From an uncultured Actinomycetota bacterium (lineage in GTDB: Bacteria; Actinomycetota; UBA4738), in NCBI GenBank assembly GCA_963770955.1, contig CAVYRK010000011.1, positions 906,745-970,744 on the forward strand: DNA of 64,000 nt. The letters are read 5' to 3'. The position numbers and the translations under genes are program-made. The notes under the pieces are model-generated. The model was not told the DNA's origin. It saw only the letters and a program-made list of their open reading frames with translations, and ran no database searches. Below are positions 1 to 9,404 of this stretch, in pieces; position 1 is the first letter of the stretch, and the number at the start of each line of letters is the position of its first letter.

Positions 1-1818
1 ATGGAGGAGATCGAGCAACTCACACGCGAGCTTCCGGCCTTGGAGGACATCGAGCGCGTCTCCGGAGAAGGAGAAGAGGCGGCAGCCGCCGTTCGAGAGG
101 CGACCGCGTCGGCGAAGGCGGCCGAGGAGCGGCGGCGCGCGGCGGACACCGACGCGGCCGACGCCGAGAAGAAGGCAGGGGGACGCGAGCGCCTGGACGA
201 GGCCGCCAACCTCATCGTCCGTCGGGACCACGAGATCTCCGCCGCGGAGGGGTGCCGGGCGAGGGCCGACGCCTCCGAGAGCGACGTCGCGTCGGCGGAC
301 CGGGCCGCGGTCTCCGCCTCGGCCGCGGTCTCCGCTGCCGACGGCGCGGTCGCGCACGCCGAGGAGGCGGCCCGCGCCGCGCGCGACGCCGTGGCCGAGG
401 CCGAGGCCGCCCTGGAAGCGGCGGTCCATGCCGACATGGCCGCGGAGCTGCGGGCCGGCCTGGGCAAGGGCGAACCCTGCCCGGTCTGCGCCCAGCCGAT
501 CGCGACCCTGCCGGCGAAGGGGCCGCGCGCCGCGAAAGCGGCGGCCTCGCAGAAGGCACTGGACCGGGCGCGGGCGGCAGAGGAGAAGCGCCGGACCGCT
601 GCGGACGGTGCACGCGGATCACTGGCCGCGGCGACGGAGCGAGCCGCCGCCTCGCGCGAGACCCTCGTCGCCGCACGCGCGGCGCAGAAGCGGAGCGCGA
701 CCGAGCTCGCCGCGGCGGCACGCGCGCTTGCGCAGACCGAGCGCCGCCTCACCGTCCTGCTCGGCACGGGCGACCCCGTCGAGGAGTTGGCGGTCCGGAG
801 GAAGGCCGTGACGGCCGCGCGCGAAGCGCTCAAGGAGGCCGAGGACGAGGCGCGCGCGGCCGTCACGGCGCTCGACGCGGCCCGGCAACGCGCCGACCAG
901 CTGCGCGACGAGGTCGCCGGCGTCGCCGTTCGACTGAGCGGCGTGTGGGGGCGCCTCGGGGAGAGCCGCACCATCGAGCGCACGCCGGAGGCACTTCGGG
1001 CGGCGTTTCGCGACATCGGCGCCATGCTGCTGTCGACGCACGAGCAGGCCGTCGCCGCGCGCGACGCGGCATCGGCCACGGAGGCGGAGACATCGACCGC
1101 GCTGGATGCCCTGTACCGGAGCGCGGGCGTGGCGTCCGACCGCCCCTTCGCGGACGCGGTCACCGAGGCAGCGACGGCGCACGGCGCCGCGAGGACCCGG
1201 GTCGAAGAGCTCCGGCGCGTCCTGTCGAGCCGGCGCGCGCTGTCGGCTCGCGTGAAGAAGATCGAGCGGCGCCGCGACCTGGCCGACCGCCTGAGCGAGG
1301 ACCTCCGGCCGTCGGCGTTCCTTCGGTTCCTGTTGGAGGAAGAGCGCGCGGAGCTGGCCGCGCTCGGCAGCGAGCACTTCCAGGATCTGTCGGGCGGGTC
1401 CTACCGGTTCAGCGACGACGGCGAGTTCGCGGTGTTGGACATGAACGCCGGCGCGACGGAGCGCCGCGCGGACAGCCTGTCGGGCGGCGAGACGTTCCTG
1501 GCGTCCCTCGCGCTCGCGCTCGCCTTGGCCGAGATGGTGGCGCGGGGGGGCGGCCGCATGGACGCCTTCTTCCTGGACGAAGGGTTCGGCAGCCTGGATC
1601 CCGACCACCTCGACAAGGCGATGGAGGGGATCGAGCGACTCGTGGCCGAGTCCGAGCACCGACTCGTGGTGGTCGTGAGCCACGTCGCAGCGATGCGCGA
1701 GGCCATCGACGATCTCGTCGTGCTCGACAAGGATCCGACGACCGGAGACACGATCGTCCGCGGCGGCGCGGAATCGGGTCGTTCATTTGACAGCCCGAAG
1801 CGCGCGGGCCTAGAGTGA
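1..1818 (+). CDS. sbcC: SbcC/Rad50-family double-strand-break repair ATPase, C-terminal part (5' end outside window)
   Basis: ORF is open at base 1. It has a long Ala/Glu/Arg coiled coil with a CxxC zinc hook (GEPCPVCAQP), then the ABC signature LSGGETFLASLALALALAE and D-loop FFLDEGFGSLD. Confidence 0.8.
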   Translation: MEEIEQLTRELPALEDIERVSGEGEEAAAAVREATASAKAAEERRRAADTDAADAEKKAGGRERLDEAANLIVRRDHEISAAEGCRARADASESDVASADRAAVSASAAVSAADGAVAHAEEAARAARDAVAEAEAALEAAVHADMAAELRAGLGKGEPCPVCAQPIATLPAKGPRAAKAAASQKALDRARAAEEKRRTAADGARGSLAAATERAAASRETLVAARAAQKRSATELAAAARALAQTERRLTVLLGTGDPVEELAVRRKAVTAAREALKEAEDEARAAVTALDAARQRADQLRDEVAGVAVRLSGVWGRLGESRTIERTPEALRAAFRDIGAMLLSTHEQAVAARDAASATEAETSTALDALYRSAGVASDRPFADAVTEAATAHGAARTRVEELRRVLSSRRALSARVKKIERRRDLADRLSEDLRPSAFLRFLLEEERAELAALGSEHFQDLSGGSYRFSDDGEFAVLDMNAGATERRADSLSGGETFLASLALALALAEMVARGGGRMDAFFLDEGFGSLDPDHLDKAMEGIERLVAESEHRLVVVVSHVAAMREAIDDLVVLDKDPTTGDTIVRGGAESGRSFDSPKRAGLE

Positions 1819-2016
1819 GCGCGTTCGCGACCCCCGGGTCGCGGGCGCGAGGACCCAAGAGGCCGAGTAGACAACGCGGCGCCCCGGCGCCGCGGTTCCA
1901 AAGGTTTCTTGGGTCCTCAACTTTTCCCCCTCGCCCGGAGCCATCCGGGAACATTCTTGGCACTTTCGCCGTTTTCGCACGCGTCTGTGGCCCCACCGGC
2001 CGCAACCCCGCGTACA

Positions 2017-2427
2017 ATGCCGCACCAAACGCGGGGTACCGGAAACGAGACCGAGCTTCTGGACCCGAAAGAAGGACCCGTGGAAGACGAAGAACTGGAA
2101 GAGGAGTCGGCCGAGGACGAGGAGTTCCCCGAAGACCTCGCCGACGGCGAGGACGAAGAGGAACCGGCGCCGGCCGCGGCCGAGCCGCCCGAGGAGGGCG
2201 AGGCCAGCCTCGACGAGCTGCTGACCTCTCGGGCGGAGGAGGCTGGGGGAGAGGAGGAGGACGACGAATCCGTCCTCTCCCTGGACCGGGACGAGCGAAT
2301 CGAGACGCTCTCGGTTAAGGTCGTTCCCCAGCAACCCACCGAGTTCACCTGCCGGAAGTGTTACCTGGTCAAGCACCGCAGCCAGCTCGCGGACAAGAAG
2401 CGGATGCTCTGCAGGGACTGCGCCTGA
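2017..2427 (+). CDS. DUF4193-family small acidic protein with C-terminal CxxC..CxxC
   Basis: Asp/Glu-rich N-terminal half followed by the conserved tail VVPQQPTEFTCRKCYLVKHRSQLADKKRMLCRDCA. ATG at 2017 lies inside track ORF 1909..2427, so the start is uncertain. Confidence 0.7.
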   Translation: MPHQTRGTGNETELLDPKEGPVEDEELEEESAEDEEFPEDLADGEDEEEPAPAAAEPPEEGEASLDELLTSRAEEAGGEEEDDESVLSLDRDERIETLSVKVVPQQPTEFTCRKCYLVKHRSQLADKKRMLCRDCA

Positions 2428-2532
2428 GCATCCGGTCGCTGCGCCCACCCCCCTCCCCGAGCTCGGCGGCCACCGCGATCGCTGCCGGGCTGCTGTCGGG
2501 GCTGCTCCTGAACCTGGCCAACCCGCCCGCCG

Positions 2533-4764
2533 ATGCAGGGCCCGTTGGCGTTCGTGGCGCTCGTGCCGCTCCTGTGGGCGCTCCGGGGCGCGCGGCCGGG
2601 CCGCGGGGCGGCCGCCGCCTTCGCGTTCGGCGTCGTCTACTACGGCTTCCTGCTGAACTGGCTGGTCGTGTTCGGCACCATCGCGTGGCTGCCGCTGGTG
2701 GTGAGCCAGGCGCTGTTCGCGGCCGCGTTCGGCGCGCTCGCGCCGCTGGTGGCCCGAGGCGACCGGCCGGTGCGATCCGCGTTCGCGTTGGCCGGCCTGT
2801 GGACGGCGATCGACTGGATCCGAGGGATGTGGCCGATCGGGGGATTCACCTGGGGGGGGCTCGGCTACACCCAGCACGGCAACGGCCTGACCCTGCCGCT
2901 CGCGACCGTGACCGGCGTCTGGGGCGTGACGTTCGTCGTGCTGCTGGTGAACGCGTTGCTGCTGGAGGCGGCGGTCGTCCGCCGGCCCGGCCGGGCCGCG
3001 CGGCTGGGCCCCGCGATCCCGGTCGCGATCGCGCTCGGCGTGACCCTGCTGCCGGCCGCGATCCCGGTGCGCGGGGCGTCGGGCCCGCCGATGGACGTCG
3101 CGGTGGTGCAGGGGAACGTGCCGCGCGCGCTGGCGTCGGACCGCCTGCTGCAGAGCGATCAGGTCGCGCTGAACCACATCGACCTGAACCGCACGCTGGC
3201 CCCGGACCCGCCGGACCTGGCGGTGTGGCCGGAGAACGCGCTCGCCGACGACCCGGCGCGCGACGCGACCCTGGGCGCAGCGGTGTCCGCGTCGATTCGC
3301 GCGGTGGGCGCGCCGACGATCGTCGGCGCGATCACGCCGGGGCCTGGAGACACCCTGTTCAACGTCGCGCTGCTCTACGACGCGCGGGGCTCGATCGTCG
3401 ATTCGTACGCGAAGATCCACCTGGTGCCGTTCGGCGAGTACATCCCGTGGCACTCGGCGCTCGGGTGGACGCAGCGGTACCGGCATGGCCTGGGGACGTT
3501 CTCCTCGGGCAGCCGCGTGCACGCGTTCGACGTGAACGGCACGCTCGTCGGCACGCCGATCTGTTTCGAGAACACGTTCCCGGGGCTGTTCCGGCAATTC
3601 GTGGCCGACGGGGCGGAGCTGATGGTCGTCACCACGAACGACTCCTCGTACCTGGACTCGCCGGCGTCGCGTGAGCACGTGATCATGAGCCAGCTGCGCG
3701 CGGTGGAGACGGGGCGGTGGGTCGTGCAGGCGGCCGTGTCGGGGGAGAGCGCCATCGTCAACGCGCACGGCCAGGTGGTGAGCCGGACCGGCCTGTTCGA
3801 GCAGACGGTCCTCCGCGGGGACGTGCCGACCGCGACCGCGCGGACGCCATACGTGCGGTTCGGGGACTGGTTCCCGTTCCTGTGCGCGATGACCATGCTC
3901 GTGCTCCTCGCCATCGGCATCGCCGGCCGGGTCCGTGCCCGTCGTCGGCGGCCTGCCGCGGCCGGGAGCCCGGTTGCCGCCGATCCCCCGGCGGGGGAGG
4001 GGATGGCGGCGGCGCACGCCCCCATCGCCGGGGGCGCGCAGCCCCGCGTCCTGGTCGTCCTCCCGACGTACAACGAGCGGGCCACCATCGAGGCCGCGGT
4101 CCGCGGCGCCCTCGAGGCGGGGCCGGCGGTCCACGCCCTGATCGTGGACGACGGGTCGCCGGACGGCACCGGACGCATCGCGGACGACCTGGCGGCATCC
4201 GAATCCCGCATCCGGGTGCTGCACCGCGAGGGAAAGCGGGGGTTGTCGTCCGCGTACCTGGCCGGCTTCCGCGTCGGCCTCGACGAGGGGTACGACGTCG
4301 TCGTGGAGATGGACGCCGACCTGTCCCACCGCCCCGAGGATCTGCCGGCAGTGATCGCGGGGGCCGAGACGAACGACCTCACCATCGGGAGCCGGTACAT
4401 TCCCGGCGGCGGCGTCTCCAACTGGAGCCGATTCCGCGTGGCCCTGTCCAAGGGCGGCAATGCCTACGCCCGGACCCTGCTCCGCCTGCCCGTCAAGGAC
4501 GCGACCAGCGGGTTCCGGAGCTACCGCCGGGAGTGCCTGGCTTCCCTCGTGCAGGCCGGGTTCCACTCGCAGGGGTACGGATTCCAGATCGAGCTCGTCT
4601 ACCGAGCGGTGCGGATGGGCTTCCGGCTCGGCGAGGTCCCGATCACGTTCCGGGAGCGGGAGCACGGACATTCGAAGATCTCCCGCGCCATCGTGGTCGA
4701 GGCGCTCTACGACGTCGCCCGTTGGGCGATCCGCGATCGCCTGCCCGGGCACCGGTCACCCTGA
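2533..4764 (+). CDS. ppm1: Fusion of apolipoprotein N-acyltransferase (Lnt, CN-hydrolase) and polyprenol-phosphate mannose synthase (Ppm1-type GT2)
   Basis: N-terminal polytopic part carries the Lnt E-K-C triad contexts (AVWPENAL, YAKIHLVPFGEYIP, GTPICFENTFP). The C-terminal part has GT2/DPM1 motifs (VVLPTYNERATI, IVDDGSPDGT, EMDADLSH). The first Lnt TM helix (AIAAGLLSGLLLNLANPPADAGP) is encoded just upstream (about 2470-2540) in another frame, so the true start is probably upstream and is lost to an indel near 2540. Confidence 0.8.
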   Translation: MQGPLAFVALVPLLWALRGARPGRGAAAAFAFGVVYYGFLLNWLVVFGTIAWLPLVVSQALFAAAFGALAPLVARGDRPVRSAFALAGLWTAIDWIRGMWPIGGFTWGGLGYTQHGNGLTLPLATVTGVWGVTFVVLLVNALLLEAAVVRRPGRAARLGPAIPVAIALGVTLLPAAIPVRGASGPPMDVAVVQGNVPRALASDRLLQSDQVALNHIDLNRTLAPDPPDLAVWPENALADDPARDATLGAAVSASIRAVGAPTIVGAITPGPGDTLFNVALLYDARGSIVDSYAKIHLVPFGEYIPWHSALGWTQRYRHGLGTFSSGSRVHAFDVNGTLVGTPICFENTFPGLFRQFVADGAELMVVTTNDSSYLDSPASREHVIMSQLRAVETGRWVVQAAVSGESAIVNAHGQVVSRTGLFEQTVLRGDVPTATARTPYVRFGDWFPFLCAMTMLVLLAIGIAGRVRARRRRPAAAGSPVAADPPAGEGMAAAHAPIAGGAQPRVLVVLPTYNERATIEAAVRGALEAGPAVHALIVDDGSPDGTGRIADDLAASESRIRVLHREGKRGLSSAYLAGFRVGLDEGYDVVVEMDADLSHRPEDLPAVIAGAETNDLTIGSRYIPGGGVSNWSRFRVALSKGGNAYARTLLRLPVKDATSGFRSYRRECLASLVQAGFHSQGYGFQIELVYRAVRMGFRLGEVPITFREREHGHSKISRAIVVEALYDVARWAIRDRLPGHRSP

Positions 4765-4816
4765 GGAGGCCGCTCACCAGCCTCGACCGGGTCTTCGTCC
4801 CCTCTCGTGAACGCCG

Positions 4817-4830
4817 ATAATGGACATTAT
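4817..4830. promoter_or_regulatory. AT-rich inverted repeat ATAATG-GA-CATTAT upstream of the peroxiredoxin gene (possible operator)
   Basis: A 6-2-6 inverted repeat in an otherwise about 70% GC intergenic region, about 140 nt upstream of the ATG at 4968. It loosely resembles Fur/PerR-type ATAAT/ATTAT half sites. Confidence 0.25.
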
Positions 4831-4967
4831 GGAAAGTCGAGCGAGCGCAACCTCACCCCCGCGGGGCGACCCGCGTTGTCGGCACCAATGGATAGAGTGG
4901 CCCACATTCGTCCGGACGACTGCCACGCTTGGTCCGGGAAGAACCTCGACGAGAAGGAGCGCTGCGC

Positions 4968-5485
4968 ATGAGCGTGAAGGTTGGCGATCCGGCCCCCGAC
5001 TTCGAGCTGTTCGGCGAGCGGGACCCCGAGACCGGGACGTACCACACGTACCGGCTCAGCGAGGGACTGAAGGAGGGGCCGATCATCCTTCATTTCTTCC
5101 CGGCCGCCGTTCACGCGGACCTGCCAGCTCCAGATGGAGGAGGTACGGGACCGCGCGGACGACCTCTACGGGGCCTCCAGCGTCCGGGTCTGGGCCGTGA
5201 CCGGTCACTACCCGTGGCTGATCCAGCAGTGGGAGCGGGAGTACCACTTCAGGGTGCCGATCCTGGCCGACTACGAGCACACCGTCAGCGAGGAGTACGT
5301 CGGGACCTACGCCCCCGATCTCATGTCCGGGCTCCGGCACACCTCGAAGCGCGGGCGTGATCGGGGTGGGGACCGACGGGATCGTCCGGTCCGTGTGGAT
5401 CACCGACGAGCCGGGGGTCGCCCCCAGCGAAGAGGACATTCAGGCGGCCATCGAGGCGGTCCTGGCTCCCCCGGTCCCGGCCTGA
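4968..5485 (+). pseudogene. Peroxiredoxin (AhpC/TSA, BCP-like), reading frame broken twice as assembled
   Basis: Begins MSVKVGDPAPDFEL..ILHFFPAA, with GAAGGAG upstream as a ribosome-binding site. Skipping one base near 5108 restores FPAAFTRTCQLQMEEVRD with the peroxidatic Cys. Skipping one base in the G-run near 5353 restores GVIGVGTDGIVRSVWITDEP and the stop at 5483-5485. Confidence 0.8.
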
Positions 5486-5498
5486 TCGTCAGGCGCGC

Positions 5499-7007
5499 TT
5501 ACGAGCCCGCCTCGGCCTCGGCGTCCCCATCCGAGCCCCAGCGGAGCCTGAGCTCGCGTGCCGCCTTCGCCTCGTCCAGCCGGCGGACGGGCGTGGTGAT
5601 CGGCGCCTCGTGGAGCAGGTCGGGGTCGTCCTCGGCCTCCCGGGCGACCTGCAGGAGCGCCTCGGCGAACGCGTCGAGCGTCTCCTTCGACTCCGTCTCG
5701 GTGGGCTCGACCATCATCGCCTCGTCCACGATCAGCGGGAAGTAGACCGTCGACGGGTGGAACCCGAGGTCGATCATCCGCTTCGCGATGTCCATGGCCC
5801 GCACCCCGTGCTTCTTGAACCGCTTCGCGGTCGCGACGAACTCGTGCATCGGCGGCTGCTGGTACGCCAGCGGGTACGCCTGGGTCACGAGCGCGGCCAG
5901 GTAGTTGGCGTTCAGCACCGCCCGCTCTCCCACGGCCTTCAGCCCGTCGTGCCCGTGCCCGAAGACGTAGGCGAACGCGCGCACCAGGATGCCGAAGTTC
6001 CCGTAGAACCCGTGGACCGGTCCGATCGAGTCCGGGCGGTCGCGGTCCCAGAAGTACCGGTCCGCCGTCCGCGTCGTACGCGACGACCGGCGCGGGAAGG
6101 AACGGCTCGAGCTCCTCGGTCACGCTGACCGGGCCCGGCGCCCGGCCCTCCCCCGCCGTGCGGGGTGGCGAACGTCTTGTGCGTGTTCATGTGGACGATG
6201 TCGAAGCCCATGTCGCCCGGCCGCACGCGCCCGATGATCGCGTTGAGATTCGCGCCGTCGTAGTAGACGAGCGCGCCCACCCGGTGGACGATCTCGGTGA
6301 TCCGCTGGATGTCCACCTCGAACATGCCGAGCGTGTTCGGATTCGTCAGCATCAGGCCGGCGGTGTCCTCGTCCACGATGCGCTCGCAGGACCTCCACGT
6401 CGACCAGCCCCCTCGGGTCGGAGGGGATCTGCACGACCCGGTACCCCGAGAGCGTGACGCTCGCCGGGTTGGTGCCGTGGGCGGAGTCGGGGATGACGAT
6501 CGTGGACCGCGGCTTCCCCCGCTTGGTGTGGAAGGCGCGCATGATGAGCAGGCCGGTCAGTTCGCCCGACGCGCCGGCGGGCGGTTGCAGCGTCGCGCGG
6601 TGCATGCCGGTGATCTCGCACAGCGCGCGCTCCAGCCGGTGGAGCAGCTCGAGCGCGCCCTGCACGCTGTCCTCGGGCTGGTGGGGATGCAGCCGCTGGA
6701 ACCCCGGCATCGCCGCGACCGTCTCCGCGACCTTCGGGTTGTACTTCATCGAGCACGACCCGAGCGGGTAGATCCCCGTGTCGACCCCGTAGTTGAACTG
6801 CGACAGCGCGGTGAAGTGGCGCACCACGTCTCGCTCGGCCAGCTCGGGCAGGCCGAGCGCGCCGGCCCGTGCGTGCTCGGCCGGGATCCCGGCGTCCGGG
6901 ACGTCCAATGTGGGGAACGTCGACGCCCGCCTCCCGGGCCGCGACAGGTCGCGAAGGGTGCGGGGAACCGGCGGACCGCCGCGCCGGACCGGCGCTCCGG
7001 TCACCAC
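5499..7007 (-). pseudogene. gcvPB: Glycine dehydrogenase (decarboxylating) subunit 2, split over four frames as assembled
   Basis: Collinear GcvPB segments appear in four frames: [30 protein letters not shown], then [38 protein letters not shown], then [23 protein letters not shown], then [32 protein letters not shown]. Junctions lie near 6388, 6132 and 6060, each needing one base skipped. GTG start at 7007 or 7004. Confidence 0.85.
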
Positions 7008-7038
7008 GTGCCGCTCCCCTCCCCCGCCGCGTCCCACC

Positions 7039-8370
7039 TCATGCGGACGCCACCTCCTCGAACGCCTTCGCGAGCGCGTCGATCTCCTCGCGGGTGCGCC
7101 GCTCGGTGACCGACGCCAGCAGGACGTCCCCGTCGTCGTCGCCGATGACGGGCCCGACCAGGAATCCCCGGTCGAGCAGGTCCCGCTGGACGTCCCGCGG
7201 GTCGCGGTCGGTGCGCAGGCCGAACTCCTTGAAGAAGGACGCGTCCGGGTGGGCCAGCCGCACGCCGGACGCCGAGCCCAGGCGGTCCGCGGCGTAGAGT
7301 GCCTTCGCCGCGCACTGCCGGCCAAGCTCCTCGAGGCCCGCGGGCCCCAGCCACGCCAGGTACACCGTCGCGGCGACGGCCATGAGCGTCTGGTTCGTGC
7401 AGATGTTGGACGTCGCCTTCTCCCGGCGGATGTGCTGCTCGCGCGCCTGCAGCGTCAGCACGTAGCCGGGCCGGCCTTCCACGTCGGTGGTCTCCCCGAC
7501 GATGCGCCCCGGCATGCGCCGCACGTCGGTCATGCGCGCGGCGACGATCCCGAGATACGGACCGCCGTATCCCAGGTGGTTCCCGAGGCCCTGTCCTTCC
7601 GCCACCGCGATGTCGGCACCGACCTCGCCGGGCGGGGCCAGCACGCCAAGCGACAGCGGATCGAAGACCTGGATGGCGCGCGCGCCACCTGCGGCGGCGG
7701 CGGCGAACAGCTCGCGCGCCGGCTCGAGGTTCCCGAAGACGTTCGGGTGCTGGACGACGACCGCAGCCACGTCCTCGTCCACCGCCGACGGGACGGGCGT
7801 CAGGCCGTTCGAGATGCGTATCGGTTCGGGCTCGTAGCCCGCGCCGCGTCCGTACGTGCGGAGCGCGGCCCAGTACCGGGGGTCCACGGCCTCCGACACC
7901 AGGACGCGCGTCCTCCGCGTGGCGGCCAGGGCCATGTGGACCGCCTCCACCAGCGCCGTCGCGCCGTCGTACAGCGACGCGTTCGACACTTCGAGGGCCG
8001 TGAGGTCGCAGACCATCGATTGGTACTCGAACAGCGCCTGGAGCACACCCTGCGACAGCTCGGGCTGGTACGGGGTGTAGGACGTGTACAGCTCGGACCG
8101 CCCGGCCAGGGCCCACACGACGGCCGGTACGTAGTGGTCGTATGCGCCGCCACCCGCGAAGCACACCGCCTCGTCGGCATGGCGGTTCCGCGCCGCAAGG
8201 GCGGCCATCTCCCGCACGAGGTCCAGCTCGGAGAGGCCCTCGGGGATGTCGAGGTTCCGGTCGAGCACCACACCCGGCGGGAGGTGGGCGAACAGGTCGT
8301 CCAGGGAGTCCAGGCCGCAGGCGGCCAGCATCTCGCGGACGTCGTCGTCCGTGTGCGGGGCGAATTGCAT
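7039..8370 (-). CDS. gcvPA: Glycine dehydrogenase (decarboxylating) subunit 1
   Basis: Begins MQFAPHTDDDVREMLAACGLDSLDDLF. It is collinear with the GcvPA family and intact over 443 aa. ATG at 8370 lies inside the longer track ORF. Confidence 0.9.
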   Translation of the reverse strand: MQFAPHTDDDVREMLAACGLDSLDDLFAHLPPGVVLDRNLDIPEGLSELDLVREMAALAARNRHADEAVCFAGGGAYDHYVPAVVWALAGRSELYTSYTPYQPELSQGVLQALFEYQSMVCDLTALEVSNASLYDGATALVEAVHMALAATRRTRVLVSEAVDPRYWAALRTYGRGAGYEPEPIRISNGLTPVPSAVDEDVAAVVVQHPNVFGNLEPARELFAAAAAGGARAIQVFDPLSLGVLAPPGEVGADIAVAEGQGLGNHLGYGGPYLGIVAARMTDVRRMPGRIVGETTDVEGRPGYVLTLQAREQHIRREKATSNICTNQTLMAVAATVYLAWLGPAGLEELGRQCAAKALYAADRLGSASGVRLAHPDASFFKEFGLRTDRDPRDVQRDLLDRGFLVGPVIGDDDGDVLLASVTERRTREEIDALAKAFEEVASA

Positions 8371-8420
8371 CCTGAGGCGAGAGTGTACCCCGGCAGGCGC
8401 GAACGACGACCCGGAGCGGG

Positions 8421-8801
8421 TCAGGAGGCCTTGGTGTTGTCCAGCCCGTACTTGGTCACGAGGGACAGGTAGTCGCGCTGGTAGAAGATCTTGCAGCGGA
8501 CCTCCGGGTAGAGCTCGCGGAGCCGGCGCACCTTCCGGTTCTTGCGGGTCACCAGCCGCTGGTTCAGCGTCGTGATCTCGATGTACAGGTCGTAGGCCGG
8601 CAGGTAGAAGTCGGGGGTGAACCGCTGGACGACGTTGCCGTCCTTGTCGCGCTCCAGATCGAAGGAGGTCGGCTCGTACTGCCACTCGATCTGGTAGAAG
8701 TCGAGGAGACTGGCAAACTGGCGCTCGCTCGCGTGCGCGAACTCGACGAGATCACTGGGCAGCGCGTCGGGCGGGTGGTGTGCGGTCCGCTTGCGGCTCA
8801 A
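8421..8801 (-). CDS. Conserved hypothetical protein with a PD-(D/E)xK nuclease-like motif
   Basis: A 126-aa ORF with ordinary protein composition. The segment TPDFYLPAYDLYIEITTLNQRLVTRKNRK resembles a D..(D/E)xK restriction-endonuclease-fold core. It occupies the slot between gcvP and the MerR gene. Confidence 0.55.
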   Translation of the reverse strand: MSRKRTAHHPPDALPSDLVEFAHASERQFASLLDFYQIEWQYEPTSFDLERDKDGNVVQRFTPDFYLPAYDLYIEITTLNQRLVTRKNRKVRRLRELYPEVRCKIFYQRDYLSLVTKYGLDNTKAS

Positions 8802-8808
8802 AGGCCTC

Positions 8809-9264
8809 CTACGCGCCCCCGGCCCCGGCGAGCGAGAGGTGGGCGGGCGCCCTCCCCTTCGGGAGCTGCTTGGTCAGATCGTCCCACACCCGATCCAACG
8901 CGATGGCGAACACTCCCTGACCTTTCTGCAACAGATCGACGATCTCTTCGGGCGACTGGGCCGCGTAGATGCGATTTCCGTCGGACATCAGCGTGACGCC
9001 CGAGGGCTCGGCCTTCAGGTGGGTTTGCAGGTAGTCGACGGCCTTCCGGATCCGCTGCAGCGACACCCCCGTGTCCAGGAGCTTCTTGATGACGCGGAGC
9101 ATCACCAGGTCCTGGAACGAATACAGGCGCTGGGTCCCCGATCCTCCGGCGTCCCGGACGCTCGGGGTCACCAGATCGGTCCGCGCCCAGTAGTCGAGCT
9201 GTCGATAGGAGATGCCAACCAGCTTGCAGACCTCGGGCACCCGGTAGCCTTCTGAGTCGCGCAT
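8809..9264 (-). CDS. MerR-family transcriptional regulator (Rv1830/McdR-like position)
   Basis: N-terminal MerR helix-turn-helix: YRVPEVCKLVGISYRQLDYWARTDLVTPS..RLYSFQDLVMLRVIKKLLDTGVSLQRIR. Confidence 0.85.
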   Translation of the reverse strand: MRDSEGYRVPEVCKLVGISYRQLDYWARTDLVTPSVRDAGGSGTQRLYSFQDLVMLRVIKKLLDTGVSLQRIRKAVDYLQTHLKAEPSGVTLMSDGNRIYAAQSPEEIVDLLQKGQGVFAIALDRVWDDLTKQLPKGRAPAHLSLAGAGGA

Positions 9265-9271
9265 GACAGCT

Positions 9272-9283
9272 CCGTAATTACGG
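9272..9283. promoter_or_regulatory. Perfect 12-nt palindrome CCGTAATTACGG next to the MerR start codon
   Basis: Perfect dyad 8 nt upstream of the ATG at 9264, overlapping the GGAG ribosome-binding site. It is locally AT-rich. Confidence 0.25.
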
Positions 9284-9404
9284 GGGCGTTGGCGTGGAGA
9301 AGGCTACCACCACCAGGTGTTCTGTCAATCATCCGGCGTGGGTTCGACAGACTCGGACGAGACTGGAAAACCGCTGGTCAGGAACCCGGAACGACCGGTC
9401 CGGG

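Noticed and set aside
212-4820. Many long overlapping ORFs in the track (for example 252..1790 +, 619..1683 -, 1810..4752 - of 980 aa, 3717..4820 +)
   Set aside because: Their Arg/Pro/Gly/Ala-rich, low-complexity translations are typical of off-frame and antisense reading in about 70% GC DNA. Each overlaps a frame with clear family motifs (SbcC, Lnt/Ppm1). The same reasoning applies to similar shadow ORFs across the window, such as 26256..28415 +, 28288..30135 +, 31578..33401 + and 49606..51195 -.
8371-8420. Possible glycine riboswitch upstream of gcvPA
   Set aside because: Only about 50 nt separate gcvPA from the upstream gene, too short for even one aptamer. The conserved GGAGAG..ACCGAAGGGGCAA-type elements are absent.
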